DNA of 64,000 bases, taken from the NCBI GenBank assembly GCA_040755455.1, contig JBFMAY010000003.1, positions 64,047-128,046 on the forward strand. Direction: 5' to 3'. The notes beneath the pieces were generated by a model, which had not been told where the DNA came from, did no database searches, and was given only the letters and a program-made list of their open reading frames with translations. How positions within the stretch are numbered: position 1 is the stretch's first letter; each line of letters opens with the position of its first letter. Source of the DNA: Thermodesulfobacteriota bacterium (lineage in GTDB: Bacteria > Desulfobacterota > Desulfobulbia > Desulfobulbales > SURF-16). The position numbers and the translations under genes are program-made. Positions 10,130 through 18,289 of the stretch are shown piece after piece.

Positions 10130-10159
10130 TTGACATGTTGTCGCATGGTAGCTTTTAAT
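10130..10159 (+). promoter_or_regulatory. Candidate sigma70 promoter for the TonB receptor 1 operon
   Basis: TTGACA (10130-10135), 18-nt spacer, TTTAAT (10154-10159). Confidence 0.4.
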
Positions 10160-10216
10160 AACTGTATCATGAAGACGGGACACAGCTTTTTTTACTATAA
10201 CATGTCCATAGAGCAA

Positions 10217-12157
10217 ATGATGATAAAAAAGATGCCAACCCATTTTTTCCGCGCGACTTTTCCCGCCCTGCTGGCCGTGACCTTTTCCGCCCCGCCGTTG
10301 CTGGCGGCCGGCGAACCGGCGGCCAGCAACGGCGACCCCCTGTCACTCTATTTTGACCAGGACGCAACCGAACAAACCACCACCCGGGCACCCAAACCCC
10401 TGTCCCAGGTGGCGGAAAACGTCAGCATCATCACCGCGGACGAGATCGAGAAAATGCACGCCCGTACCCTGGCCGAGGTGCTGGACCGCCAGGCCGGCCT
10501 GTTTGTCATGTTCTTCGGCAGGGATTTTTTCGGCAATGACCTGACGCGGGTCCTGGCCAGCCGGGAGCAGCATGTGCTCTTTCTGCTGGACGGGATGCGC
10601 ATCAACCTGAATTCCAGCGGGGCCGCCATCAGCAACTTCATCCCGGTCACCATCATCAAACGCATCGAGATCATCAAGGGCCCGGCCTCCTCATCCTGGG
10701 GCTCGTCCCTGGGCGGGGTGGTCAATATCATCACCAAGGATACCGGCAGATCTCTCTCCCCCACCGGCAGCGCCCGCGCCAGCTATGGCGAGGGAGACAG
10801 CCGGGATGTGGCGGCCGAGGTGGCCGGCGGCAGCGAAAAAATCGGCTACTATCTCGCCGGCTCCAACATCGACTCCAACGGCCTCAAGGTCGACCGGTAC
10901 GCGGAGCGGGACACCGCCTACGGCAAGGTGCAGGTGCAGTTGCCCCACAACTCCACCCTCACCGCCGCGGCCGGCTACAGCGACCCTTTCTATAAAACCC
11001 TGAACTGGAGCGATGGCTGGGACATCGCCGGGCTTAACCTGTACGAGGAGATCGATCACCGCAACTTCTGGGGCACCCTGTTCCTTGACACCGAACTGAC
11101 CAACAAGCTGAGCCTGCATCTCGCCCTCCAGCGCTTTGAAAACGACTTTGCCCATGACCTTTTTTCCCTGGGCAGCGGCCCGGGCAGAGCCCAGGGCGAT
11201 CTCATCTATGGCGAGCAGTGGGATGACGCTGCAAACAGCTTTGCCAGCCGCCTCACCTGGGCGGAGGAGACTTTCACCGCCAATTTCGGCTTTGAGTCAA
11301 GCCGCAGCGAAATGGACTATGAGAGCACCCTGGGCAGCTATTTCAACGGACCCTCCACCTTCACCGCCGATACGGAACAGGAGGAGCGCCGCGGTTTCTA
11401 TGCCAACGCCACCTTTGCCCTGGGCCGCTTCGCCCTGACCCCTGGCCTGCGCTATGACTATAACGCCAACTCGGAGGAATTCCTCAGCCCATCCCTGGGC
11501 GCCACCTGCCAGCTGGCCAAGGACACCCTGCTGCGCGCCTCAATCGCCAGGGGCTTTTCCGCCCCCTATCTCTCCGCCTCCGCCCATTCTCCCGACCTGG
11601 AGGCGGAGACCATCTGGGCCTACCAGGCCGGGGTGGAAACCGGCCGCATCCCCTACGTCTTGCTCAAATGCACCCTGTTCCACCAGAAGGTGGAGGACGC
11701 CTGGTATACCGACGTTAATCCTCCCTGGCCCAATGCCGGCACCATCCGCTGGAACGGGGCGGAGCTTGAGGCAAAGACCGTGGAGTTTCACGGCCTGCGG
11801 CTCACCACCAATTTCACCCTGGTCATCGAGGACAGCATGGGTGACGGCTCTGAAGACCGGGAAAACGATGAAACCTATGTGGCCAATGTCATCGCCGACT
11901 ACACCAATCACGATCAGGGCTGGCGGGCCGAACTGGCGGGCCATTATTACTGGATGAACAGGTCAGTGAAAAACGAGAAGCCCCACTATGACGATTTCCT
12001 GTGGGACGCCCTGCTCAGCAAGGATCTCACCCTGGCTGGGGTGGCGGCCGAGGTCTATGTCAAGGCCCATAACCTTTTCAACGCCAGCCAGTACTTTGAC
12101 TATGAATACCCCAACCCGGACCGCTGGGTGGAGGCGGGCGTTGTCGTGCGCTTCTGA
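10217..12157 (+). CDS. TonB-dependent outer-membrane receptor 1
   Basis: Signal peptide (..ALLAVTFSAPPLLA-A), plug motif IKRIEIIKGPASSSWGS..GGVVNIITK, barrel ending in NLFN...VVVRF; exact start uncertain (10217/10220/10232). Confidence 0.93.
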   Translation: MMIKKMPTHFFRATFPALLAVTFSAPPLLAAGEPAASNGDPLSLYFDQDATEQTTTRAPKPLSQVAENVSIITADEIEKMHARTLAEVLDRQAGLFVMFFGRDFFGNDLTRVLASREQHVLFLLDGMRINLNSSGAAISNFIPVTIIKRIEIIKGPASSSWGSSLGGVVNIITKDTGRSLSPTGSARASYGEGDSRDVAAEVAGGSEKIGYYLAGSNIDSNGLKVDRYAERDTAYGKVQVQLPHNSTLTAAAGYSDPFYKTLNWSDGWDIAGLNLYEEIDHRNFWGTLFLDTELTNKLSLHLALQRFENDFAHDLFSLGSGPGRAQGDLIYGEQWDDAANSFASRLTWAEETFTANFGFESSRSEMDYESTLGSYFNGPSTFTADTEQEERRGFYANATFALGRFALTPGLRYDYNANSEEFLSPSLGATCQLAKDTLLRASIARGFSAPYLSASAHSPDLEAETIWAYQAGVETGRIPYVLLKCTLFHQKVEDAWYTDVNPPWPNAGTIRWNGAELEAKTVEFHGLRLTTNFTLVIEDSMGDGSEDRENDETYVANVIADYTNHDQGWRAELAGHYYWMNRSVKNEKPHYDDFLWDALLSKDLTLAGVAAEVYVKAHNLFNASQYFDYEYPNPDRWVEAGVVVRF

Positions 12158-12247
12158 TTTATTTTCCGTCTTCTTCGTGCTTTACTTTTGTGTGGAGCAA
12201 CATGGCCGCTTCTTTCAATAAACTCATTCATGAACAAGGAGGGAAAA

Positions 12248-12346
12248 ATGAAAAAAAAGATCACCATTCTTAACAAAGGCAAAAACGTGCAGGCAGTGGC
12301 TTCCTTGGAAGGCTGCTGCTTGGGTAAGCCTTCCGCCACGAAATAA
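12248..12346 (+). CDS. RiPP precursor peptide 1, 32 aa, MKKKITILNKGKNVQAVASLEGCCLGKPSATK (geopeptide-like)
   Basis: Translated by hand; AAGGAGG RBS at 12236-12242, CC motif, sits between TonB receptor and rSAM/SPASM gene; below the ORF-track cutoff. Confidence 0.88.
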   Translation: MKKKITILNKGKNVQAVASLEGCCLGKPSATK

Positions 12347-12371
12347 GGCCTGTGGATGTACACCTTTCCCG

Positions 12372-12397
12372 GGAGAGCTGCGGCTCTCCTTTTTTTT
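12372..12397 (+). terminator. Intrinsic terminator between precursor 1 and maturase 1
   Basis: GGAGAGC-TGCG-GCTCTCC followed by 8 T. Confidence 0.8.
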
Positions 12398-12411
12398 GCC
12401 TGGAGAAAGTC

Positions 12412-13719
12412 ATGCGGTTAACCCCCTATGTAACCATATGCCGGCACCCCGCCATGCCCGGCCAGGTCCTGCTTTTCGCCGCCCGGACCGGGGCCCTGAT
12501 TCTGCTCTCCGATGAGGATTTTAGCGCCTTACAGAGCGGCCAGGCCGCGGAGGAGGAGATCGCCTCGCTCACCGGCATGGGCTTTCTCGTGGCCGACATT
12601 GACACCGAACAACGGCAGGTCCTGCACTACATGGATGACATCAACCGGCTCAACCCGAACCTGACCCTGGCCATCGTGCTGGGCATGGAGTGCAACTTCG
12701 CCTGCCGCTACTGTTTCGAAGGCGGCCAGAAGGGCGGCAAGGCCATGGATGACGCCACGGCCGACCAGTTGGTCAGCTTTATCAAACAGCGCTTCGGGCC
12801 GAACAAGAAAAAACTGCTGCTGCAGATCTACGGCGGCGAACCCCTGCTCTACCGCAAACGCCTCGTTTCCCTGGCCCGGCGGCTCAAACCCTTTGTCGAG
12901 GGGCGCGGGGCCGAACTCAAGATCGACCTGGTGTCCAACGGCTCCCTGCTCACCAGACAGGTGGTGGAGGAATTGAACGACTGGGGCCTGGACGGCGTCA
13001 AGGTGACCCTCGACGGCCTGCCGGACAATCACAACCATTTCCGGCCTTTCAAATCAGGCCGGGGGAGTTTTGCGGTCATTATCCGCAACCTGCAACAGGT
13101 CTGCGGCCTGACCCATATCCGCCTTGGGGGCAATTACACCAATGAGACGTACAGGCAGTTCGGCCCGCTGCTTGACCTGATGGCCGGCCACGGCCTGACC
13201 CCGGACAAAATCGAGCATGTCAACTTCAATATCGTCATGCAGGTGCAGGACCGGATCAGCGCCAATGCCTATCACGGCGGCTGCGCCACCATCAATGAGC
13301 CCTGGCTGCGGGAGGCGGCGCTGCACGTGCGGGAGGAGGTTTACCGGCGGGGCTACACCGTGCCGGAGCTGGGTCCCCAGCCCTGCGCCGTGGAGATTGA
13401 CGATGCCTTGACCGTCCATTACGACGGCAGCCTGTATAAATGCGTCACCTGGATCGGCCACCGGCAGTTTAAGATAGGCGATATCTGGCAGGGGGTGGAC
13501 GAAACATACCGGCAAACCCACCATCTGTACCACTGGCAAAAGGAGGAAAAATGCCGCCAGTGCCTTTACCTCCCGCTGTGCTTCGGCGGCTGCCGCTACA
13601 TGGCCTATCAGCGCGACGGCCACATGGGCAAGGTGGACTGCCGCAAACCATTCCTGGACGCCACCCTGGAGGCCATGCTCCTGCAGGATGTGCGCTACCG
13701 CTACGGCTATGGATGCTGA
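12412..13719 (+). CDS. Radical SAM/SPASM peptide maturase 1 (geopeptide maturase-like)
   Basis: CNFACRYC, YGGEPLL, SNG, VTLDG; SPASM C..DGSLYKC..CRQCLYLPLCFGGC..DC; N-terminal ~80-aa RRE-like extension; start moved to ATG 12412 (GGAG RBS, after the terminator). Confidence 0.93.
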   Translation: MRLTPYVTICRHPAMPGQVLLFAARTGALILLSDEDFSALQSGQAAEEEIASLTGMGFLVADIDTEQRQVLHYMDDINRLNPNLTLAIVLGMECNFACRYCFEGGQKGGKAMDDATADQLVSFIKQRFGPNKKKLLLQIYGGEPLLYRKRLVSLARRLKPFVEGRGAELKIDLVSNGSLLTRQVVEELNDWGLDGVKVTLDGLPDNHNHFRPFKSGRGSFAVIIRNLQQVCGLTHIRLGGNYTNETYRQFGPLLDLMAGHGLTPDKIEHVNFNIVMQVQDRISANAYHGGCATINEPWLREAALHVREEVYRRGYTVPELGPQPCAVEIDDALTVHYDGSLYKCVTWIGHRQFKIGDIWQGVDETYRQTHHLYHWQKEEKCRQCLYLPLCFGGCRYMAYQRDGHMGKVDCRKPFLDATLEAMLLQDVRYRYGYGC

Positions 13720-13813
13720 TTTTTGGTTTCAGGTGCGGGGCAGGCTGTTGAAAAGTCCCGTCCGGGCTGATACGGGGTCAGGTTGAGGCGCCGAATGCCC
13801 ATTGACGATTTTT

Positions 13814-14037
13814 TTATCGTGGGGTGTCTTCAGTGATGGGAAGCTGCAGTTTGCCGGCGACGGTGGGGTTGACAATGGTTTTTCCCCGGGCGATGTCCAC
13901 GGCTGGCACGGCGCTCACCGGTGCGCCCAGCAGCAGGCGGGCCGCCATGCCAGCCGCCTGCTCGCCCAGGGCCTCCGGGTCAAAGGTGACCACCACGGCG
14001 GCCCCGCTTTTGAGATATTTTTCCGAAAAGGCCAGCA
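13814..14037 (-). pseudogene. 3' fragment of a second copy of the periplasmic binding protein gene
   Basis: Ungapped direct repeat of 9093-9316 (19 mismatches in 224 nt by manual alignment); no 5' part. Confidence 0.9.
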
Positions 14038-14042
14038 AGGGT

Positions 14043-15830
14043 GCAACCGAGCAAACCACCACCCGGGCCGCCAAACCCCTGTCCCAGGTGGCGGAAAACG
14101 TCAGCATCATCACCGCCGAGGAAATTGAAAGGATGCAGGCCCATACAACGGCCGAGGTGCTGGACAGGATTCCCGGCATCTACATGAACACCAACGGCCG
14201 GGACTTCGGCATGACCGCCTCGATGACGATACAGGCCTCGAAATATGAAGATGTGCTGGTGCTGGTGGACGGCATGGACTGGAATTTCCTGGCCGGCGGC
14301 AGTGCCAACCTGAACACCATTCCCGTGGCCATCATCAAACGCATTGAGATAATCAAGGGTCCGGGCTCGGCCACCTGGGGATCGGCCCTGGGCGGGGTGG
14401 TCAACATCATCACCAAGGACACCGGGGGCGGAAAGTCCACGGGCAGCCTTTCCTCGTCTCTTGGGGAAAGAGACACCGCGGACAGCCGTTTCGAACTGAG
14501 CGGCGTCACAGAGCCGGTCAGCTACTATGTCTTCGGCGGCAAGCAGCGCTCCGACGGCCTGCGCAATGACCGCGACTTTGACAACCATATGCTGTTTGCC
14601 AAGGCTGCCCTGCCCACGGGTTCGTCTTTGAAGCTTGACCTGAGCTCCGGTTACAGCGAACCCCATGTCAATTACGGCGACCTGGCAGGGGGCGGCATCT
14701 TGGCCGAGGAAGTGGATCGGGCCTTCTGGACCAAGCTGAATGCGGATGCGCTTCTCAGCGACACCCTCACCTTTTATGGCTCAATCTCCACCTACGACCA
14801 GAAATTCGCCCTGCAACTCGACGAGGACGGCTCCTATGGCCCCCTTGGCGATCTTTACCAAAATACCGTTTATGACGAGAAAAAAACAGGGGCCAATGGC
14901 CGGCTGGTCTGGTTGCACGATCGGCACACCGTGGTCAGCGGTATCGACTATCTCCGGGGTGAGGTGGATGGCACCCTGGAGTCCGGGGACTTCCTGGTCA
15001 ACTATCTCCATTACCCCCCGGTTTTTCGTGATTTCGGCGGCATTGACAAGACCGCCGTGTATGTCAATGACACCATTCTCCTTGGTGATTTCACCGTTAC
15101 CCCCGGCCTCCGCCATGACCGCAACTCCATCACCGAGTCCTTTACCAGCCCGAGCCTGGGCATCACCTGCCAGCTTAACCAGACAACCCTGCTGCGGGCC
15201 GTGGCGGCCAGGGGCTTCACCCTGCCCAGCCTGGGAGACACAACTCTAAACGGCCCTTATTACGACCCCAACCCGGACCTCAAACCGGAAAAGGTCGACT
15301 CCCTGCAGGCCGGTTTTGAGACCACCGCCATCACCTACCTGTGGTTCAAGGCCACCTACTTCGAACACCGGGTAGAAGACGCTTTTAGGGGAATCATCAA
15401 CCCTGATACGGGTAACGGTATACGTATCAATGAAGACAAGCAGCGCCGCCAGGGCTTTGAGCTGGAAGCAAAGACCGTCCCCTTTTACAACCTCTCCCTG
15501 CAGGCCGATTTCAGCTATGTGCATCTCAACAACTACGGCAGCTACGACAACACAAGTGAATACGCGAGTAACCTGGCGCTGCTCTATGACAGCGGCACCA
15601 TTGCCGCGGGCCTTTACGGCCACTATATCTGGTACGATGCTCAGGTATCGGACGCCGATGACTTTATCTGGGACGTGACCATCCGCAAACGCTTTGCCCT
15701 TTCGGCCTCGCTGGCCATGGATCTCTTTGCCAGCGGCCACAATATCCTTAACGGCACCCAGGAAAGTGACAGGGACAACTACCCGTGCGTGGCGCGCTGG
15801 CTGGAAGCGGGCCTGCGTTTTCACTTCTAG
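14043..15830 (+). pseudogene. TonB-dependent receptor 2, 5'-truncated (no signal peptide or recognisable RBS/promoter); plug and barrel otherwise uninterrupted
   Basis: Homology to receptor 1 starts at ATEQTTTR; the upstream in-frame sequence is the antisense of the binding-protein fragment; ends EAGLRFHF. Confidence 0.75.
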
Positions 15831-15935
15831 ATGCCAGGCTAATAACCGCGGTGATACATTACGGCTGAACCCAGCAAAAAAGGCCCCTGTACCCCAGGGT
15901 TTACTCACTGAACCATTTTTACAAAGGAGGTTTTG

Positions 15936-16046
15936 ATGGCAAGCGAGATCATTATTGTTTTTGAAAGCGGCCAGGATGACCAGGAAATCGCGGAAACAAC
16001 CACCTGCTGCACAAATGCCCAGGCTCCCCTGAGAATTACATCCTAA
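15936..16046 (+). CDS. RiPP precursor peptide 2, 36 aa, MASEIIIVFESGQDDQEIAETTTCCTNAQAPLRITS
   Basis: Translated by hand; AAAGGAGG RBS at 15923-15930; CC motif with the same G-x11-CC spacing as precursor 1; same position in the cassette. Confidence 0.88.
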   Translation: MASEIIIVFESGQDDQEIAETTTCCTNAQAPLRITS

Positions 16047-16065
16047 TGCTGACCCATGGTGATTC

Positions 16066-16101
16066 AGGCAGGGGGCCGGCCGGCCCCCTGCCTCTTTTTT
16101 T
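16066..16101 (+). terminator. Intrinsic terminator between precursor 2 and maturase 2
   Basis: AGGCAGGGGGCCG-GC-CGGCCCCCTGCCT followed by C and 7 T. Confidence 0.85.
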
Positions 16102-16119
16102 AAGCTGAAACCCTAGCCA

Positions 16120-17427
16120 ATGGCCTTATCCCACTATCTCAAGCTCTTTGCCTGGCCGGAAAATCCCCAGCAATGGCTGGCCTACTCCACTAGGCGGGGG
16201 GCCTATGCCCTGCTGCCCGGCGAACTGGTCGCCGCCCTGCAGCAGGGCCGGGCCGTGCCGCCGGACACCATGGCTCTTCTTGAGAAACTGGCCTTTGTCA
16301 CCGCTGACAGCAATCAGGAGAGGGAGGATGTTTTTTCCTTCAACCAGCGGTTGAACAACCTTTCCACCATTCTTTCCCTGGCCGTCATTGTCAATATGGA
16401 TTGCAATTTCCAGTGTCGCTACTGTTACGAGGGAACGCAGAAAGACAAGCTTTACATGACGGACAAGACCGCGGAGCAGGTTGTGGCCTTTATCAGAGAG
16501 CGGACCGGGCCGCGGATCAAAAAAGTCATCCTGGATTTTTATGGCGGGGAGCCTCTGTTAAGCGGCAAGCGGATTATCTCTCTTGCCGCCGCGCTGCAAC
16601 CCTGTTTACAGGAACAGGGTGTCGCCCTGGAACTCACCCTGGTGACAAACGGTTCGCAGCTGACCGCCAGAGCAGTCAACGAGTTGCTACCATGGGGCCT
16701 GACCAGCTGCAAGGTGACCCTGGACGGCCCGGCCCATAACCATAACACCTTCCGGCCCTTTAAAAACGGCGCGCCAAGCTATGAGCTGATTGTCCGCAAC
16801 ATCAAGGAGTGCTGCGAGCTGACCAGAATCGGCATTGGCGGCAATTTCACCAGGGACAATTACCACCTGTTCCCGCAGCTGATGGACGACCTGCAAGAGC
16901 AGGGCTTAACCCCGGCCAAACTGGCAATGGTGAAATTTGATCCGGTGCAGCAGACCAGCGACATATTTGCCGACCTGCGGTTCTGCGGCGGCTGCGCTTC
17001 CATAGAAGAGCCGTGGCTGGCCGAGGCCTCCCTGCTGCTGCGCGAGGAAATCCTGAAAAGAGGCTACCACACCCCGAAAATCAGCCCCACCACCTGCATG
17101 GTGGACATGGACAACAGCCTCACCATCCACTATGACGGTACCCTTTACAAGTGCGTGGGCATGATCGGCCACAGGGAATACGCCTGCGGCGATATCTGGT
17201 CCGGCATGAAGGAGTACCGCCAGCAGTATCACCTTGACCACTGGCGAAAAGAGGAAAAATGCCGGGAGTGTGTTTACCTGCCCCTGTGCTTCGGGGGCTG
17301 CCGGTTCATGGCCTTTCAGCGGGACGGCCACATGGGCAAGGTGGACTGCCGTAAAGACTTCCTGGACGCCACCCTGGAGGCCATGCTCCTGCAGGATGTA
17401 CGCTACAGGCATGGCCAGGCGTCGTAG
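16120..17427 (+). CDS. Radical SAM/SPASM peptide maturase 2
   Basis: CNFQCRYC, YGGEPLL, DGTLYKC, CRECVYLPLCFGGC..DC; paralog of 12412-13719. Confidence 0.93.
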   Translation: MALSHYLKLFAWPENPQQWLAYSTRRGAYALLPGELVAALQQGRAVPPDTMALLEKLAFVTADSNQEREDVFSFNQRLNNLSTILSLAVIVNMDCNFQCRYCYEGTQKDKLYMTDKTAEQVVAFIRERTGPRIKKVILDFYGGEPLLSGKRIISLAAALQPCLQEQGVALELTLVTNGSQLTARAVNELLPWGLTSCKVTLDGPAHNHNTFRPFKNGAPSYELIVRNIKECCELTRIGIGGNFTRDNYHLFPQLMDDLQEQGLTPAKLAMVKFDPVQQTSDIFADLRFCGGCASIEEPWLAEASLLLREEILKRGYHTPKISPTTCMVDMDNSLTIHYDGTLYKCVGMIGHREYACGDIWSGMKEYRQQYHLDHWRKEEKCRECVYLPLCFGGCRFMAFQRDGHMGKVDCRKDFLDATLEAMLLQDVRYRHGQAS

Positions 17428-17496
17428 GAGCGGGCCGTGCCCGCGACCATTAGAATTCAGGCGCACAAGGCAATCGCGGGCATGGCCCGCTCCTAC
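17424..17496. repeat. REP doublet (GTAG-type REPIN)
   Basis: GTAGGAGCGGGCCGTGCCCGCGA (17424-17446) and inverted copy TCGCGGGCATGGCCCGCTCCTAC (17474-17496), one mismatch. Confidence 0.85.
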
Positions 17497-17560
17497 GGTG
17501 GTTATTGAAAATTGTAGTATTATCAGCGCATTAGCAATGTACGGGCACGCTTTCCGGGGC

Positions 17561-18151
17561 TTACTGGGTGATCTTGCGCCACACCGGCAGCTCGCCGCTC
17601 AATTTGACGAAACGGGGATCAGAAAAAATATCCTCGCTCATCTTGCGGTTGGCGATGAGGATGGCGCCGGGCCGCATCCTGTCCTCGATCATCCGTTCAA
17701 AGCGCCTTTCGTCATCGCCGTTGGCCAGGGGCCGGAAGTAATAGATGACATCAAAACGGCCGTAATCATCGTAGCGCCACAGGTCATCCTGGGTGGCCCG
17801 GTCGCTGCCCATGAGCTTTTGGGCGATCCGCAGGGGGTATTCATCCTTTTCAAAACCAAAAACATCAAACTCCATCTGCTCGGCAAACAGCATGACATTG
17901 CCGATGCCGCAGCCGATATCAAGCAGGGTGAACGGCGCCTGCCGGGGCGCATTCTCCTTGAGATACCTGGCGGCAAAGCGGAGCTGGTCAAAGAGCTGCC
18001 TGGTGTCCATGGGCACGAAGGGATATTCGTTGGCCGTGTCGTTTTTTGAGTATTTCTGCGAATCCCTGGTATAAAAACCGATAAAACGGTTGATGATGCC
18101 AAAAAAAATATCGCGGGTCTCTTCTTCTTCCTTCATTGCGGGAAAATCCAT
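17561..18151 (-). CDS. Class I SAM-dependent methyltransferase
   Basis: LLDIGCGIG motif I, FGFEKD, FDVIYYFRP, MRPGAIL. Confidence 0.85.
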   Translation of the reverse strand: MDFPAMKEEEETRDIFFGIINRFIGFYTRDSQKYSKNDTANEYPFVPMDTRQLFDQLRFAARYLKENAPRQAPFTLLDIGCGIGNVMLFAEQMEFDVFGFEKDEYPLRIAQKLMGSDRATQDDLWRYDDYGRFDVIYYFRPLANGDDERRFERMIEDRMRPGAILIANRKMSEDIFSDPRFVKLSGELPVWRKITQ

Positions 18152-18289
18152 CTGCTGCTCCTGGCCGGTGAGATGTCATCTGTTGAAATATTGGCCGGTT
18201 TAGGTTATTTAGTCTTATTAGTCGAACCAGTGAGACCAACCAGACCAGTCAGCCTAATAACATTTCACATAAAACAAAAGGATTAATTC

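Noticed and set aside
13824..14042. N-terminal 73 aa of the 668-aa TBDR2 ORF as a real leader
   Set aside because: It is the antisense reading of the duplicated SBP fragment; no RBS and no convincing signal peptide
13814..14179. 121-aa minus-strand ORF as an intact gene
   Set aside because: Chimera of antisense TBDR2 sequence and the SBP C-terminal fragment
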